Assembly (NCBI GenBank): GCA_965649265.1
Contig: CBFGKC010000001.1
Span: 306,931-370,930 of the forward strand
Direction of reading: 5' to 3'
Source of the DNA: a candidate division WOR-3 bacterium
GTDB lineage: Bacteria; Hydrothermota; Tepidihabitantia; B3-TA06
DNA length: 64,000 nt
The translations under genes and the position numbers were made by a program. The notes beneath the pieces are model-generated. The model did no database searches, was not told where the DNA came from, and saw only the letters and a program-made list of their open reading frames with translations. Within the stretch, counting starts at the first letter, position 1. Each line of letters begins with the position of its first letter. This document shows, one piece after another, positions 40,323-49,491 of the stretch.

Positions 40323-40970
40323 TTATTTTGGTTTAAAAGTCTCCTCTATCACCTGTTCGAGTATGGTGTTGTGGTCAGGATAAGTATTGATTTGCTCATC
40401 CTCGTGAGAATAGCTGTAAAGCATAGTAGTACAAGTTATTCTGAAATCGTAAGTTTTAGAAGGTATAAAATAAGTAGTATATGAGCCTACCCACTGACTA
40501 CCCCAGTCACATTGTCCTGCCCAAAACCAACCTCTCTGACGGCAGGCTATATTCTCAGATATGCTTATAGTGTCGAGAAGCGTGTCTTTCGATAGGAAGA
40601 GGGCCCATGAGTGCCAATACGAGTGAAGAGGCAAAAGAATATTATAAATATCAACTGAATCAGTTTGATGTTTTGTCCACCGAATATAAATGTCTCCATA
40701 TCCCCAGTTGTTTTTTAACCAAATAGAAGTATCCGTGACATAATGAACGAATCCTGATAAAGAATCACCACCACTATATATTTCCTTAAGGTTAACCTCA
40801 GTTAAAGCAAAAGGTTTATAAGAGATGGTTTCATAGCTAGAGATTCCCAGTAACGGTTTGTAAAAACCTGGGTCGTACTTTTGCCAAGAGGTATAGTCTT
40901 CAGGAGGTTCAGGTAGACGGGGCGCTTTTGAAGGTAGCCATGTATTAAGCAAAAGAATTACAAAAGACAC
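40323..40970 (-). CDS. Putative immunity/partner protein A (DUF4837/PsbP-like C-terminal half)
   Basis: Paralogue of 39070-39711; AT-rich; short hydrophobic N-terminus. Confidence 0.65.
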   Translation of the reverse strand: MSFVILLLNTWLPSKAPRLPEPPEDYTSWQKYDPGFYKPLLGISSYETISYKPFALTEVNLKEIYSGGDSLSGFVHYVTDTSIWLKNNWGYGDIYIRWTKHQTDSVDIYNILLPLHSYWHSWALFLSKDTLLDTISISENIACRQRGWFWAGQCDWGSQWVGSYTTYFIPSKTYDFRITCTTMLYSYSHEDEQINTYPDHNTILEQVIEETFKPK

Positions 40971-40975
40971 CCAAA

Positions 40976-41003
40976 AGTATACCCTTGGCTACATACTTGT
41001 CAA
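40976..41003 (-). promoter_or_regulatory. Sigma70-type promoter of partner A (leaderless)
   Basis: TTGACA-agtatgtagccaaggg-TATACT, 5 nt before GTG; begins 2 nt after the upstream stop codon. Confidence 0.8.
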
Positions 41004-41005
41004 GC

Positions 41006-42715
41006 TTACTCTCGTTCAGGTTCCTGCCAGGGTGGGCGAAGAGGGTTTCCTGGATCAGGTGCGAACCAGGGCCACTGGGGAAACCTTTGTTCTGCCGGCC
41101 GGGGGGCGATGAGTACGTTGAAGGTTCTTGACTCCAGAAGCTCCCACGTTACTGGACCGCAAACCCACTGGTTGCGTTCCCATATAAGTTCGTTGCGGTT
41201 GATATTTGTGCCAATCTCCAAGTCGGCATTTTCTAAAAGAACGTAACATGCGAGTTGAAAGGTCCTCAATGCAGCTGCTGTGGCATTTCCGAATATCATT
41301 GCTTCTCCGTTTTCTCCGTCCAGAGGGATTTCGTTCATTTCAGGTAAAACCATATTCTGTGGGATGAACAATCTCCATTCGTTAATCCTTGCTCTTGCTT
41401 GTTCATCTTGCTGATCTCTTTGTTGATTGTTGTAGAGTTGATTTCGAAAAGTATTAAAAGTCCGCTCTATTGAATCCTTGTAGGGTTGTAAAATCCGAAT
41501 CCTTGCATTCAAGGCTTGCTGCATTCTATCTACCCACTGCTCGCCGTTCTCGCCTGGCCTTAGTTCGACTCGTACATCTGCTGCGCCAATCTGTAAAATG
41601 GGCTTGAATGCAATGAGGCCGATGCTTTCAAGATGGAGCCTATACAAAGACCACGCATCCCATACGATAACGTTGAACCTAGGTTGATTCGTAATCGGCT
41701 CGGGGGGATCAATTCTTAACCAACTACTGCCAGTGAGCGTATCCCCTCCGAATATTTCATCGTAGATTGTTGAGGGATTTGATGCAACTTGTGATCCAGC
41801 TATTAATGCACATCCTCTTGACCATGTAGAAATTGGGTTTTGTGGTTTAGGTCCCGCATGAATCTGAATCTGGCTGGGTGCGTTGGGGTCGCTTTCATTA
41901 AAGAAAGTATATTGCGTTATCAAGGAATTGTTATTTAATCTTCCAAAGTCAGTAATTCTTGTACCTCTAACCGCTTCGCCGCCATTAATATTCAAGCAAG
42001 GATATGGGGGATAATTAGGTCCGTGTCCACCCCACGTAGCATAGTAATTTCCGCTTCCGATACAGGCTGCCCATTTTTCTTGAATCGCATTAATCCCTGG
42101 ATTAATTGAGCCAAGCAATGGTCTTATGTGTGGATTGCCTAGAGAATCCTGCCAAACCAAAATTATAGTGTCGGTCATTCGGTCAACAACGTTATCTGCA
42201 AGTTCAAGCCAGCAGCGGTTGTCCTCGATTCCGCTCGTTTCGACTCTCCGGCGCTTGCCGGCCAGATCAAGCCGGTCTACTTCCGTCTCAATGTCCCTTG
42301 CCCTTTGCCTGAACTGCTGTACTATCGCGTTGCTCGAGTTCACAATGTTCCGGCAACCAGTCGAGATGAAATCCAGATAACTATTTTGCCCATGGGGAAC
42401 AAGCTCCCGATAAAGTGAAGGGTCCTTCTTAAGAATTTCTGTTATCAGTGTCCAGGTTGTATCAAACAATCCTGGAACCTGCGTTTTATAGTCGTGCAGC
42501 GCGTCGTAATCCATTATCATGGGTTCGAGTTGATCCTGTGTGCTTATCGCAAGACCGCTGTAGACAGGTTTTGCACCGCGCAGTTCTATGATGTTTATCT
42601 GGTTTGCCCCGGTGTCAAAGGGCATATTCATTCTTCGTGCAAAGTTAGACAAAAGCTCGTAAGTAACTTCAAATCTTTGATCCCTTCCATTGAACAACAT
42701 CTTCAAAACCTCCAT
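41006..42715 (-). CDS. Putative peptidoglycan-acting enzyme: L,D-transpeptidase-like (His...SxGC) domain plus interrupted PG-binding domain
   Basis: NIIELRG, DTIILVW, NPG, GNYYATWGGH, QIHAG...WSRGCALI; C-terminal LQIGA...MQQALN...FGNATAAALRTFQ...CGPVTWELL; no signal peptide. Confidence 0.7.
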   Translation of the reverse strand: MEVLKMLFNGRDQRFEVTYELLSNFARRMNMPFDTGANQINIIELRGAKPVYSGLAISTQDQLEPMIMDYDALHDYKTQVPGLFDTTWTLITEILKKDPSLYRELVPHGQNSYLDFISTGCRNIVNSSNAIVQQFRQRARDIETEVDRLDLAGKRRRVETSGIEDNRCWLELADNVVDRMTDTIILVWQDSLGNPHIRPLLGSINPGINAIQEKWAACIGSGNYYATWGGHGPNYPPYPCLNINGGEAVRGTRITDFGRLNNNSLITQYTFFNESDPNAPSQIQIHAGPKPQNPISTWSRGCALIAGSQVASNPSTIYDEIFGGDTLTGSSWLRIDPPEPITNQPRFNVIVWDAWSLYRLHLESIGLIAFKPILQIGAADVRVELRPGENGEQWVDRMQQALNARIRILQPYKDSIERTFNTFRNQLYNNQQRDQQDEQARARINEWRLFIPQNMVLPEMNEIPLDGENGEAMIFGNATAAALRTFQLACYVLLENADLEIGTNINRNELIWERNQWVCGPVTWELLESRTFNVLIAPRPAEQRFPQWPWFAPDPGNPLRPPWQEPERE

Positions 42716-43326
42716 TCGTATTTCAGGTTTACGTGGAGCCCCCTTGTGTCGAGCCGGGGGCCAAGGCTCGCGCCGCGCCAGGTTAAGCGGGCCTCGGCGT
42801 AGGGCACAATCCGCGATGCCGTGCTGTCGCCCCAGAGCCGCGCCTCCGTGCCCAGCGAGACCGCGAAACGCGGCACATCCCTCAGGCTCTTCACGAAGAA
42901 ACCCTCGCCCTTGGTGGAGATCGAAAACCGCTCACCCACATCGTACGAATACTCCCTGACGGTCGCCGAACCCGTCCATTTGCTCTGGCCAAGGCTGTCA
43001 GTTGCAAGGACCGGCAGAAGGCTCGTAAATGACACTCGATCTTTCGCATAATCGAGATTTATGATGCTCTCGGGCCAGCGTCCCCAGAGCGTCTCCGGCT
43101 TAATTGTGTCTTTGAAAATTACAACCGTCTCGGCAGGAACGTCCTTCCATATCACCCGTTCGTACCAGCGGAGCACGGTGTCCCTGACGATTTCCTTGAT
43201 CCGAAGCGTGTCGCGGACCGTAATTTGACCGGTAGTTTTTCCTGCGCGGCACCGCAGGCCTGCTATAAACGCCGTCGCTATAAGCACTAACGACGCGAAC
43301 AGAGTAATCCAATCCCTCAATTTCAT
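42703..43326 (-). CDS. Membrane-anchored phage-lysis-accessory (spanin-like) protein
   Basis: N-terminal TM; RDTLRI..RDTV stalk; C-terminal amphipathic strands ending YEWRF; overlaps the next gene by 13 bp. Confidence 0.5.
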   Translation of the reverse strand: MKLRDWITLFASLVLIATAFIAGLRCRAGKTTGQITVRDTLRIKEIVRDTVLRWYERVIWKDVPAETVVIFKDTIKPETLWGRWPESIINLDYAKDRVSFTSLLPVLATDSLGQSKWTGSATVREYSYDVGERFSISTKGEGFFVKSLRDVPRFAVSLGTEARLWGDSTASRIVPYAEARLTWRGASLGPRLDTRGLHVNLKYEWRF

Positions 43327-43423
43327 ATGCTATTATCCTCCAATCCCTGACGCGCGCCATAGAAATCTGCTATGATATTATATGCTCTATAAAGAGTAGT
43401 TTCTTCTTTAAATTACTCTCCAA

Positions 43424-43459
43424 CCTCAACAAATGCTGCGAATTTCTTCGGGGACCCCC
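43424..43459 (+). repeat. Degenerate REP-like hairpin, copy 3
   Basis: CCTCAACAAAT-gctgcga-ATTTCTTCGGGG-ACCCCC. Confidence 0.45.
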
Positions 43460-43510
43460 TGCTTCCTACCCCTGCTTGATTAATCGAGAAAGTGGATTAT
43501 CCTCAGAATA

Positions 43511-44008
43511 ATGTCAAAGGTCGTCAAGTACAAAGTCCTCAAATTGAAACCCATAGGCGTAGTCCATTCAGCGTACACCGATCCCGCCGATATCCACCCC
43601 CTGCGCTCGCGCTCGACAAAGGGAACCATCGAAATCTTCCCAGAATTCTCCAAGGGTCTCAAAGATATTGAGGGCTTCTCCCACCTTTACATTATCTGGG
43701 CATTCCATCAGTCCGCCGGTTACAAGCTTCTGACCTCCCCCCTGCTCGCGCCCAAAACCAGGCGCGGTGTGTTCGCGACGCGCAGCCCTCATCGCCCCAA
43801 CCCTATTGCGATCACGGTCGCCAAGCTCCTCGGCCGCAAAGGCCGCATCCTCGAGATCAAAGGTCTTGACATGATTGACGGTACGCCCGTTCTCGACGTC
43901 AAACCGTACACTCCGCGCGACCGCAAATCCAAAATTCGCATCGGCTGGCTCGGAGAAATCGAAAAAAACTCTAAGCTAACTCGCAGACGAAAGATTAGCG
44001 GAGCTTAA
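43511..44008 (+). CDS. trmO: tRNA m6t6A37 methyltransferase TrmO (TsaA)
   Basis: PIGVVHS, GLKDIEGFSHL, RGVFATRSPHRPNPI, GLDMIDGTPVLDVKPY. Confidence 0.9.
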   Translation: MSKVVKYKVLKLKPIGVVHSAYTDPADIHPLRSRSTKGTIEIFPEFSKGLKDIEGFSHLYIIWAFHQSAGYKLLTSPLLAPKTRRGVFATRSPHRPNPIAITVAKLLGRKGRILEIKGLDMIDGTPVLDVKPYTPRDRKSKIRIGWLGEIEKNSKLTRRRKISGA

Positions 44009-45524
44009 CTATCTTCAAAAGCTTTCCTTTTCCTCCCCCATGCACTTTGAGAAAATAGGACCCGGAAGGCAGCGTCGTTCCGTTCTCGCCTCTGCCGTCC
44101 CAGGAGATCTTTACAATGCCTTTGCCAGGGTTAAGGGTCCCGAAGCTCGCGATCAGCCTGCCCGATGCGTCGTATATGCGGGGTTCGGTCATCTCTGAAG
44201 GGTCTAGGGATATCTCGAGACTTATCTTTGTCGAGAAGGGGTTGGGTGTTGCCGTTATTAGTCTCGAAAATTCTTCAGGTTGTTCGACCACACCCGGGAT
44301 AGCTGCGGACGTGTCGCAAAAGTAGAACGCGGCCCAGTATCCCCCAGGATTTATGCTATCCAGACAATTTTGGGTCCACACCGCGTGAATTCTCATCAGG
44401 TTGTCAATAACAAGATTGGGTGAAGTAGTGCCTTGTGTAGGGTCTTGTGATTCGCCTATCGTTAAGAGTTTAGTCCAGGTCTCTCCACAGTCGGTGCTGT
44501 GGGCGATGTATGTGTTGCCGTCGGCGCATATGAGCACGGCAACAAGATTATCGCGTGCGGCAATCTCCGCAGAATATTTCTTCGAGATGGTCGAATCCGC
44601 CGTGAAAAGATTTTTTTCTTTCCAGGTCAGACCTCGATCGGTCGAGGAGGCGAAGCAAAACGTCGTAGAACTGTCCCACAACGCGTAGTACGCGTCCGCA
44701 CCGCGTTCCAGATCCAGGTTTGTATAAAGATCATTCAAGGCCTTGGTTTTCGGTTTCTCGCCGTCAGGATAGCGTTCCGGCCCCCATGTCTGGCCGGCGT
44801 GTGTGGACGTAATCATGACCAGTCTCGCCGTGACCGTATCCCAGGGCATGTCTGGATCGGAATGGTAAAGGTTCTTTGTCAATACTCCCACCTCCTGACC
44901 TTTGGCGGCTAAGGCCGCAGGCATGGCTGATGCCGTGTCGGGCATGAGCAATGAGGGCTCGCTCCATGTATTGCCCTTGTCGCTTGAGGAGATAAAATAG
45001 ATTTTCGATTTCATGTAGGTGTCACGGTGATCTGTCCACGCCAGGTAGAGGTTGCCATCGCCGTAGCTCATGTAACAACTCTGCGGTATTGCCGGGCTCA
45101 CCGCCCTGTCAACGATCCTTTTCGGCGCGCTCCATGTGTTTCCGCCGTCACTTGAGGAACAAAACGATATTCCCCGGTTTATGTGAACGAAAGACATGTA
45201 GATATTACCCGTGGAATCAGCCACAAGGGCTGCCGAAGTTGCGGTGTCGGAGCCGAAAACGACGGGTGAAGGTTTACTCCAGCTTTCGCCCAGGTCACAG
45301 GTGTAAAGAGAGCTAACCGAATAGTTCGTGAGGTCACTAAGAAAGAGTAAAACGGTTCTTCCCTTTGTGTCAGGTGCCAATACCCCTTTTATATTAACAG
45401 AATTACCGCATCCGCCGCTGTATCGGACACCGGGAATCTCCCTGCCCTGCTCCTTTGTTCCCACAAGGCCGAAGGCAATCGAGCTTAATAAAAGCATGCC
45501 TGTAAACTCTAACACCTTTTTCAT
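43995..45524 (-). CDS. BNR/Asp-box (sialidase-like) beta-propeller with T9SS CTD
   Basis: Six S.D.G.TW-type boxes; PNPF...IYDASGR...WDGR...SGSYF. Confidence 0.85.
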   Translation of the reverse strand: MKKVLEFTGMLLLSSIAFGLVGTKEQGREIPGVRYSGGCGNSVNIKGVLAPDTKGRTVLLFLSDLTNYSVSSLYTCDLGESWSKPSPVVFGSDTATSAALVADSTGNIYMSFVHINRGISFCSSSDGGNTWSAPKRIVDRAVSPAIPQSCYMSYGDGNLYLAWTDHRDTYMKSKIYFISSSDKGNTWSEPSLLMPDTASAMPAALAAKGQEVGVLTKNLYHSDPDMPWDTVTARLVMITSTHAGQTWGPERYPDGEKPKTKALNDLYTNLDLERGADAYYALWDSSTTFCFASSTDRGLTWKEKNLFTADSTISKKYSAEIAARDNLVAVLICADGNTYIAHSTDCGETWTKLLTIGESQDPTQGTTSPNLVIDNLMRIHAVWTQNCLDSINPGGYWAAFYFCDTSAAIPGVVEQPEEFSRLITATPNPFSTKISLEISLDPSEMTEPRIYDASGRLIASFGTLNPGKGIVKISWDGRGENGTTLPSGSYFLKVHGGGKGKLLKIVKLR

Positions 45525-45549
45525 GGCGCTTTCCTCCTTTGAAACTCTG

Positions 45550-47111
45550 CTACTTAAGCTTGATGACCTTTAAAAGCTCTGTTCTGTCACCGCTTCTTGC
45601 GCGAATGAAGTACAATCCATCAGGAACCATCGCTGCGCTCTCGTCTGTGCCGTCCCAGTACAGACAGGACCCCCTCCTCCCCTCCGTCGCGATATTCTTT
45701 ACTATTCGTCCTGACGCGTCGTATACGGCAATGTAAATCGGCCTGTCCTGTTCATGCACTATTTTTAAATCAAGGCGATTCGCGAAAAGGTTCGCAGACG
45801 CAAACACCAGAGGTCTGCCAACAGTTTCGACAGGCTCTTCAACGACTCCGGTCGTCGGCTGCATATAGTAGAACATCGCCTTGACTTTCGCTGTCGAGTC
45901 AAGTATCTGCGACCATACAGCGTGAATCCTGTAGTATTTGTCTATGGCCAGTCTGGGATCGCCGGTGCCACCGACATCGCCGATCCTGTTCGTAGGCGCC
46001 TTGCTCAGAAGCATTGACTCATTAAAGGTTTTACCCCAGTCTATGCTGTACTCAAGCAATACCTTGTTGTCCATGCATGAAAGGACGGCCATGACACTGT
46101 CTCTTGTCGAAAATTCCGTCTTGCCGTAATTCTCCTTTTCATTTTCTGGTTGAATTGCCCTGACCTTACTCCAGTGCCATCCCCTGTCCTTTGTAGAGAA
46201 GACGAATGTGATTCTTGTGCTATCGCAGACTACGTAGTCCGCCGTGCGGCCCAGTTCTAGATCTAACGAGTTGTAATCGTCGCCAACGTACATGTCGCCA
46301 TTGTATTTGAAATCCTTGCCTGTAGGCGAGCGGTTTTCTGTCCAGGTCTGTCCGTAATCGCTGGAATTGATGTAGCAGGTGCGGTTTGCTGGATACTCGT
46401 ATTCGTTCATGGTTGATACTTCGGGCCAGATAAGAGATACCCTTGATCCCAGGGCGTCCATCTCAAGACCACGAATGGAAACCGTATCTTCACAGATTGC
46501 CATTGGCGGGTTCCAGCTTGCGCCCATGTTGTCGGAAAGCATGAGCATGATTCTACGCGTGGCCGACGAAATACGGCTATTTCCCTTAGGGATACAAACC
46601 CAGGCGACGTAAAGCTTGCCTGTCGTAGCGCTGATGGAGGGATAATGAGGGAAAACAGGGAGCAGGGAATCCTCTGCAGGCGGCTCGACGACGAGCGTTA
46701 CGGGCGCGCTCCAATGCTCGCCGCCGTCGGCAGATTTCATGAAAAGAATGCCAGAGCTTGCATCATGCCATACATAATAAAGGTTTCCTTCCTCGTCCGA
46801 GGTCAGGTCATTCCAATTGCACGGCTTGGGGTGCTGTAGTCCTGGAACCAGGTCTTGCCGGAGTCAAAAGAATGCAGCATCCACGCCGGGGCCTGTAGTT
46901 CTGGCCCGATGTATTCTTGCGGTGTCACCACAAGATGGAGTCTTAGCTCCGAATCTATCGCGAAGGCCTTGCCGGCAAATTGAAGGGAGATGGCCGGGTT
47001 CATACCATCTGTGTTATACCGTGAGTTGGGTATCTCGATGACGCCATCCATGCCAATCAACCCTGAAACAAAGACCAGCAAAGACATGAAAACTTTCAAG
47101 GATTCTCGCAT
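45550..47111 (-). pseudogene. Frameshifted BNR-repeat T9SS protein (ORFs 46803-47174 and 45550-46740 are one gene)
   Basis: The frame of the downstream ORF stays open upstream (PGLQHPKPCNWNDLTSDEEGNLYYVWHD...) and continues SFDSGKTW. It aligns with the neighbouring paralogue, so one base appears to be missing near 46845. Confidence 0.8.
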
Positions 47112-47253
47112 TTGAACCTCCTCGCGGTACTCCTCGAATATATACCTCGTAGTATTATTGTAAGCCCTGCGCAAAACATGTCAGTATACCTCGGGTTCCT
47201 GGCTTACAAGTCTAACCTGCTTGACAACTTCGGTTGTTGCGTTAAAGTTCCAT

Positions 47254-48018
47254 ATGCACGCTCTCGCGGTGTTTATTATGATACTTACTCAGTCAGCCTC
47301 GATTTCATGGCAGCGAGAGGCGTTTGATTGGGGCTCCATCGGTCTTATGGGAGCGGGCGGTTTGGCGTTCAGCCGCAGGGGTCCTTTTTTCGACACACCT
47401 CTGATCCCGGGCCCGGGTGACAAGCCTTATCTTGAGGAGCGAGTCTCCGATCCATGGGTTTACGCATCCATGCTGGCAACCGCAGGCGCGGTCTCGCTTC
47501 TTCCGAATCAGGACGGCTGGCTCAACGAGCGAAGCTATCGGCATCTCAAGGGTTCGCTTCTGGCTATAACCTCCGGGTACTTCATTAAGGAACTGGCCAA
47601 GGACGTAGTAGGCAGGCCTCGGCCCGATTACTACGACCGACTTGCGAAGGGTATAGGGCTCGATGAGGCAAGGGATAGCTGGCCTTCCGGTCATGCAACG
47701 CATTTCGCTACTGCCGCCACCTACCTCTCCCTCTTAACCTGGGATGAGTGGCGTTCGAGCGATCCCTGGGCGATTACGGCAAAAACCGGTATCACTGCCA
47801 TTCTCGCCGGAACCTGGGCCTGGGTCTCGTACACGCGCATTGCCGACAACCGTCATTACCCTGGCGATGTCATCGCAGGCAGTATTCTGGGCGCCGGAAC
47901 AGCACTGTTAGGCTATTCCTACGAACAGTGGTGGGGAAGACCGAAAACAACTGCACTTGGCTGTTCTTTCCTTGAGATTTCACCTTTTTCTATAACACTA
48001 GTTCGAATGAATTTTTGA
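47254..48018 (+). CDS. PAP2-family phosphatase
   Basis: KDVVGRPRP, SWPSGHA, TRIADNRHYPGDVIAG; ATG 5 nt after TTGACA-16-TAAAGT. Confidence 0.9.
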   Translation: MHALAVFIMILTQSASISWQREAFDWGSIGLMGAGGLAFSRRGPFFDTPLIPGPGDKPYLEERVSDPWVYASMLATAGAVSLLPNQDGWLNERSYRHLKGSLLAITSGYFIKELAKDVVGRPRPDYYDRLAKGIGLDEARDSWPSGHATHFATAATYLSLLTWDEWRSSDPWAITAKTGITAILAGTWAWVSYTRIADNRHYPGDVIAGSILGAGTALLGYSYEQWWGRPKTTALGCSFLEISPFSITLVRMNF

Positions 48019-48146
48019 TTTTTAGTGTTATTGATATCAAAACCAATAAGTGTTCATTTGTTTTATTTAGGTTTCGTATCGGGCTTTTACCCTCTTGACA
48101 CGTCCCGCTTTGCCCCTATACTTTTAGAAGAGAGAAGTACAGTACT

Positions 48147-48219
48147 GCGGATGTAGCTCAGTTGGTAGAGCACAGGCTTCCCAAGCCTGTGGCCGCGGGT
48201 TCAAATCCCGTCGTCCGCT
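48147..48219 (+). tRNA. tRNA-Gly(CCC)
   Basis: GCGGATG...CAGGC-TTCCCAA-GCCTG...GGTTCAAATCC...CGTCCGCT; promoter at 48095-48122. Confidence 0.95.
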
Positions 48220-48258
48220 TCTGGCGTTGTTATGTGACGCAATTAATATGGAGGCTGA

Positions 48259-49020
48259 ATGGTACAATTCGTTTTAGCAGTATTTCTTGCTTGCGGCTTA
48301 GGGATGAAAGTGGAGTGGAGCGAGCTTAGTATCCATTTTTTCGGTCCGGTGGATATGGCGAGCGATTCACTTTACGCGAGCGAACTGAAGGTAAGTCTTG
48401 ATTCGCTTTTGTTGGCGACACCTCTTGATGCCGAGCGCACATTAGGTGACGCCGTGCGTCGTTCAAATGATGCACGTAACTATTTCCTGACCGCCCTCGC
48501 TTATCCGCAGGTTGTTTCTACCCGTTACTCCACATCCGGCGAGGTTCAGAACGAATACGCTATAAGCCTGTTCGGTCCGTTTCTTGAGGATTTCATACCG
48601 CATTCGAATTACGCAAGCGCATCCGAGAATCCGGATTCCCTTAACGGGAGCGGATTGGAATCGCAGTCTTCGATACCTGTTACAGGTTTCGTCATCGACG
48701 CCCGCGGCATAGGTTTCAACCCCGCAATATTTCCTCGAATCGTTGATCCGCAAGGGAACGTTATCCTGGATGCCGGAAGAGTAAACCGCGCGCAGGTGAT
48801 GGAAGAAGGTTACGTTCGATATGCATATTCCCCGCGTGAGGTTCTAGAGACCAGGGAACTCGGTCTGAATCCCTTAAGAATAGTTGCCGAGCGCGCCGAA
48901 GGGCGCAATCGTTCGAATCTTGTGCTCAACTACGACGATGCAAATCGGATTACGTCGTCAGCCTTGAACCTCCGGCTTCTATCGGAGTGCCGGGTAATTA
49001 TCATTATAGACCGTAACTGA
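48259..49020 (+). CDS. Conserved exported protein (LPP20-associated C-terminal domain-like)
   Basis: TGFVIDARG...PAIFPRIVD...NPLRIVA...CRVIIII. Confidence 0.65.
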   Translation: MVQFVLAVFLACGLGMKVEWSELSIHFFGPVDMASDSLYASELKVSLDSLLLATPLDAERTLGDAVRRSNDARNYFLTALAYPQVVSTRYSTSGEVQNEYAISLFGPFLEDFIPHSNYASASENPDSLNGSGLESQSSIPVTGFVIDARGIGFNPAIFPRIVDPQGNVILDAGRVNRAQVMEEGYVRYAYSPREVLETRELGLNPLRIVAERAEGRNRSNLVLNYDDANRITSSALNLRLLSECRVIIIIDRN

Positions 49021-49150
49021 GGATTTGGTCCCGCACACAACTTTAAGCATGAAGGAGGTGGAGGGGTATTTTTTTGCATACTCAACATAAAAAAACAGAG
49101 AAACTTCAACCCCTCTCTTTATCATTTGATTGTTGGGTTTTTCGGGAGGG

Positions 49151-49393
49151 TTAGTTGGGCTTTTTTGTTTCAGTCGCCTTTGTGCTTAGTTGTTTGGGGC
49201 CTTCACCGCTTTTGCGTTTGTAATCGGTTTCGTAGAATCCAGAACCTTTGAACACGATTCCGGACCCGCCGCCGATAAGACGTTCGACCTGACCGCCGCA
49301 TTCCGGGCACTTCTTAAGGGGTTTTTCCGTCATATCCTGAAAGTAGTCGAAGCGGAAATCGCATTTTTTGCAGTGGTATTCGTATGTAGGCAT
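49151..49393 (-). CDS. FmdB-family zinc-ribbon protein
   Basis: MPTYEYHCKKC...CPECGG...FKGSGFYETDY. Confidence 0.92.
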   Translation of the reverse strand: MPTYEYHCKKCDFRFDYFQDMTEKPLKKCPECGGQVERLIGGGSGIVFKGSGFYETDYKRKSGEGPKQLSTKATETKKPN

Positions 49394-49491
49394 AAGATGT
49401 AAATTATAGGTCGTCAGACCGCGGTGTCAAGTTGACATTTCCGTTTTCGGGAAGAAAATACTTGTTTAAACCAAACAGAGGAGGAAAAACT

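Noticed and set aside
39752-41672. Diversity-generating retroelement TR/VR pair
   Set aside because: Differences are not adenine-specific (many T/C third-position changes) and there is no reverse transcriptase in the window.
43360-43400. dif-like site at the edge of the toxin-like locus
   Set aside because: AT-rich but does not match the XerC/XerD arm consensus; better explained as a promoter region (TATAAT on the minus strand).
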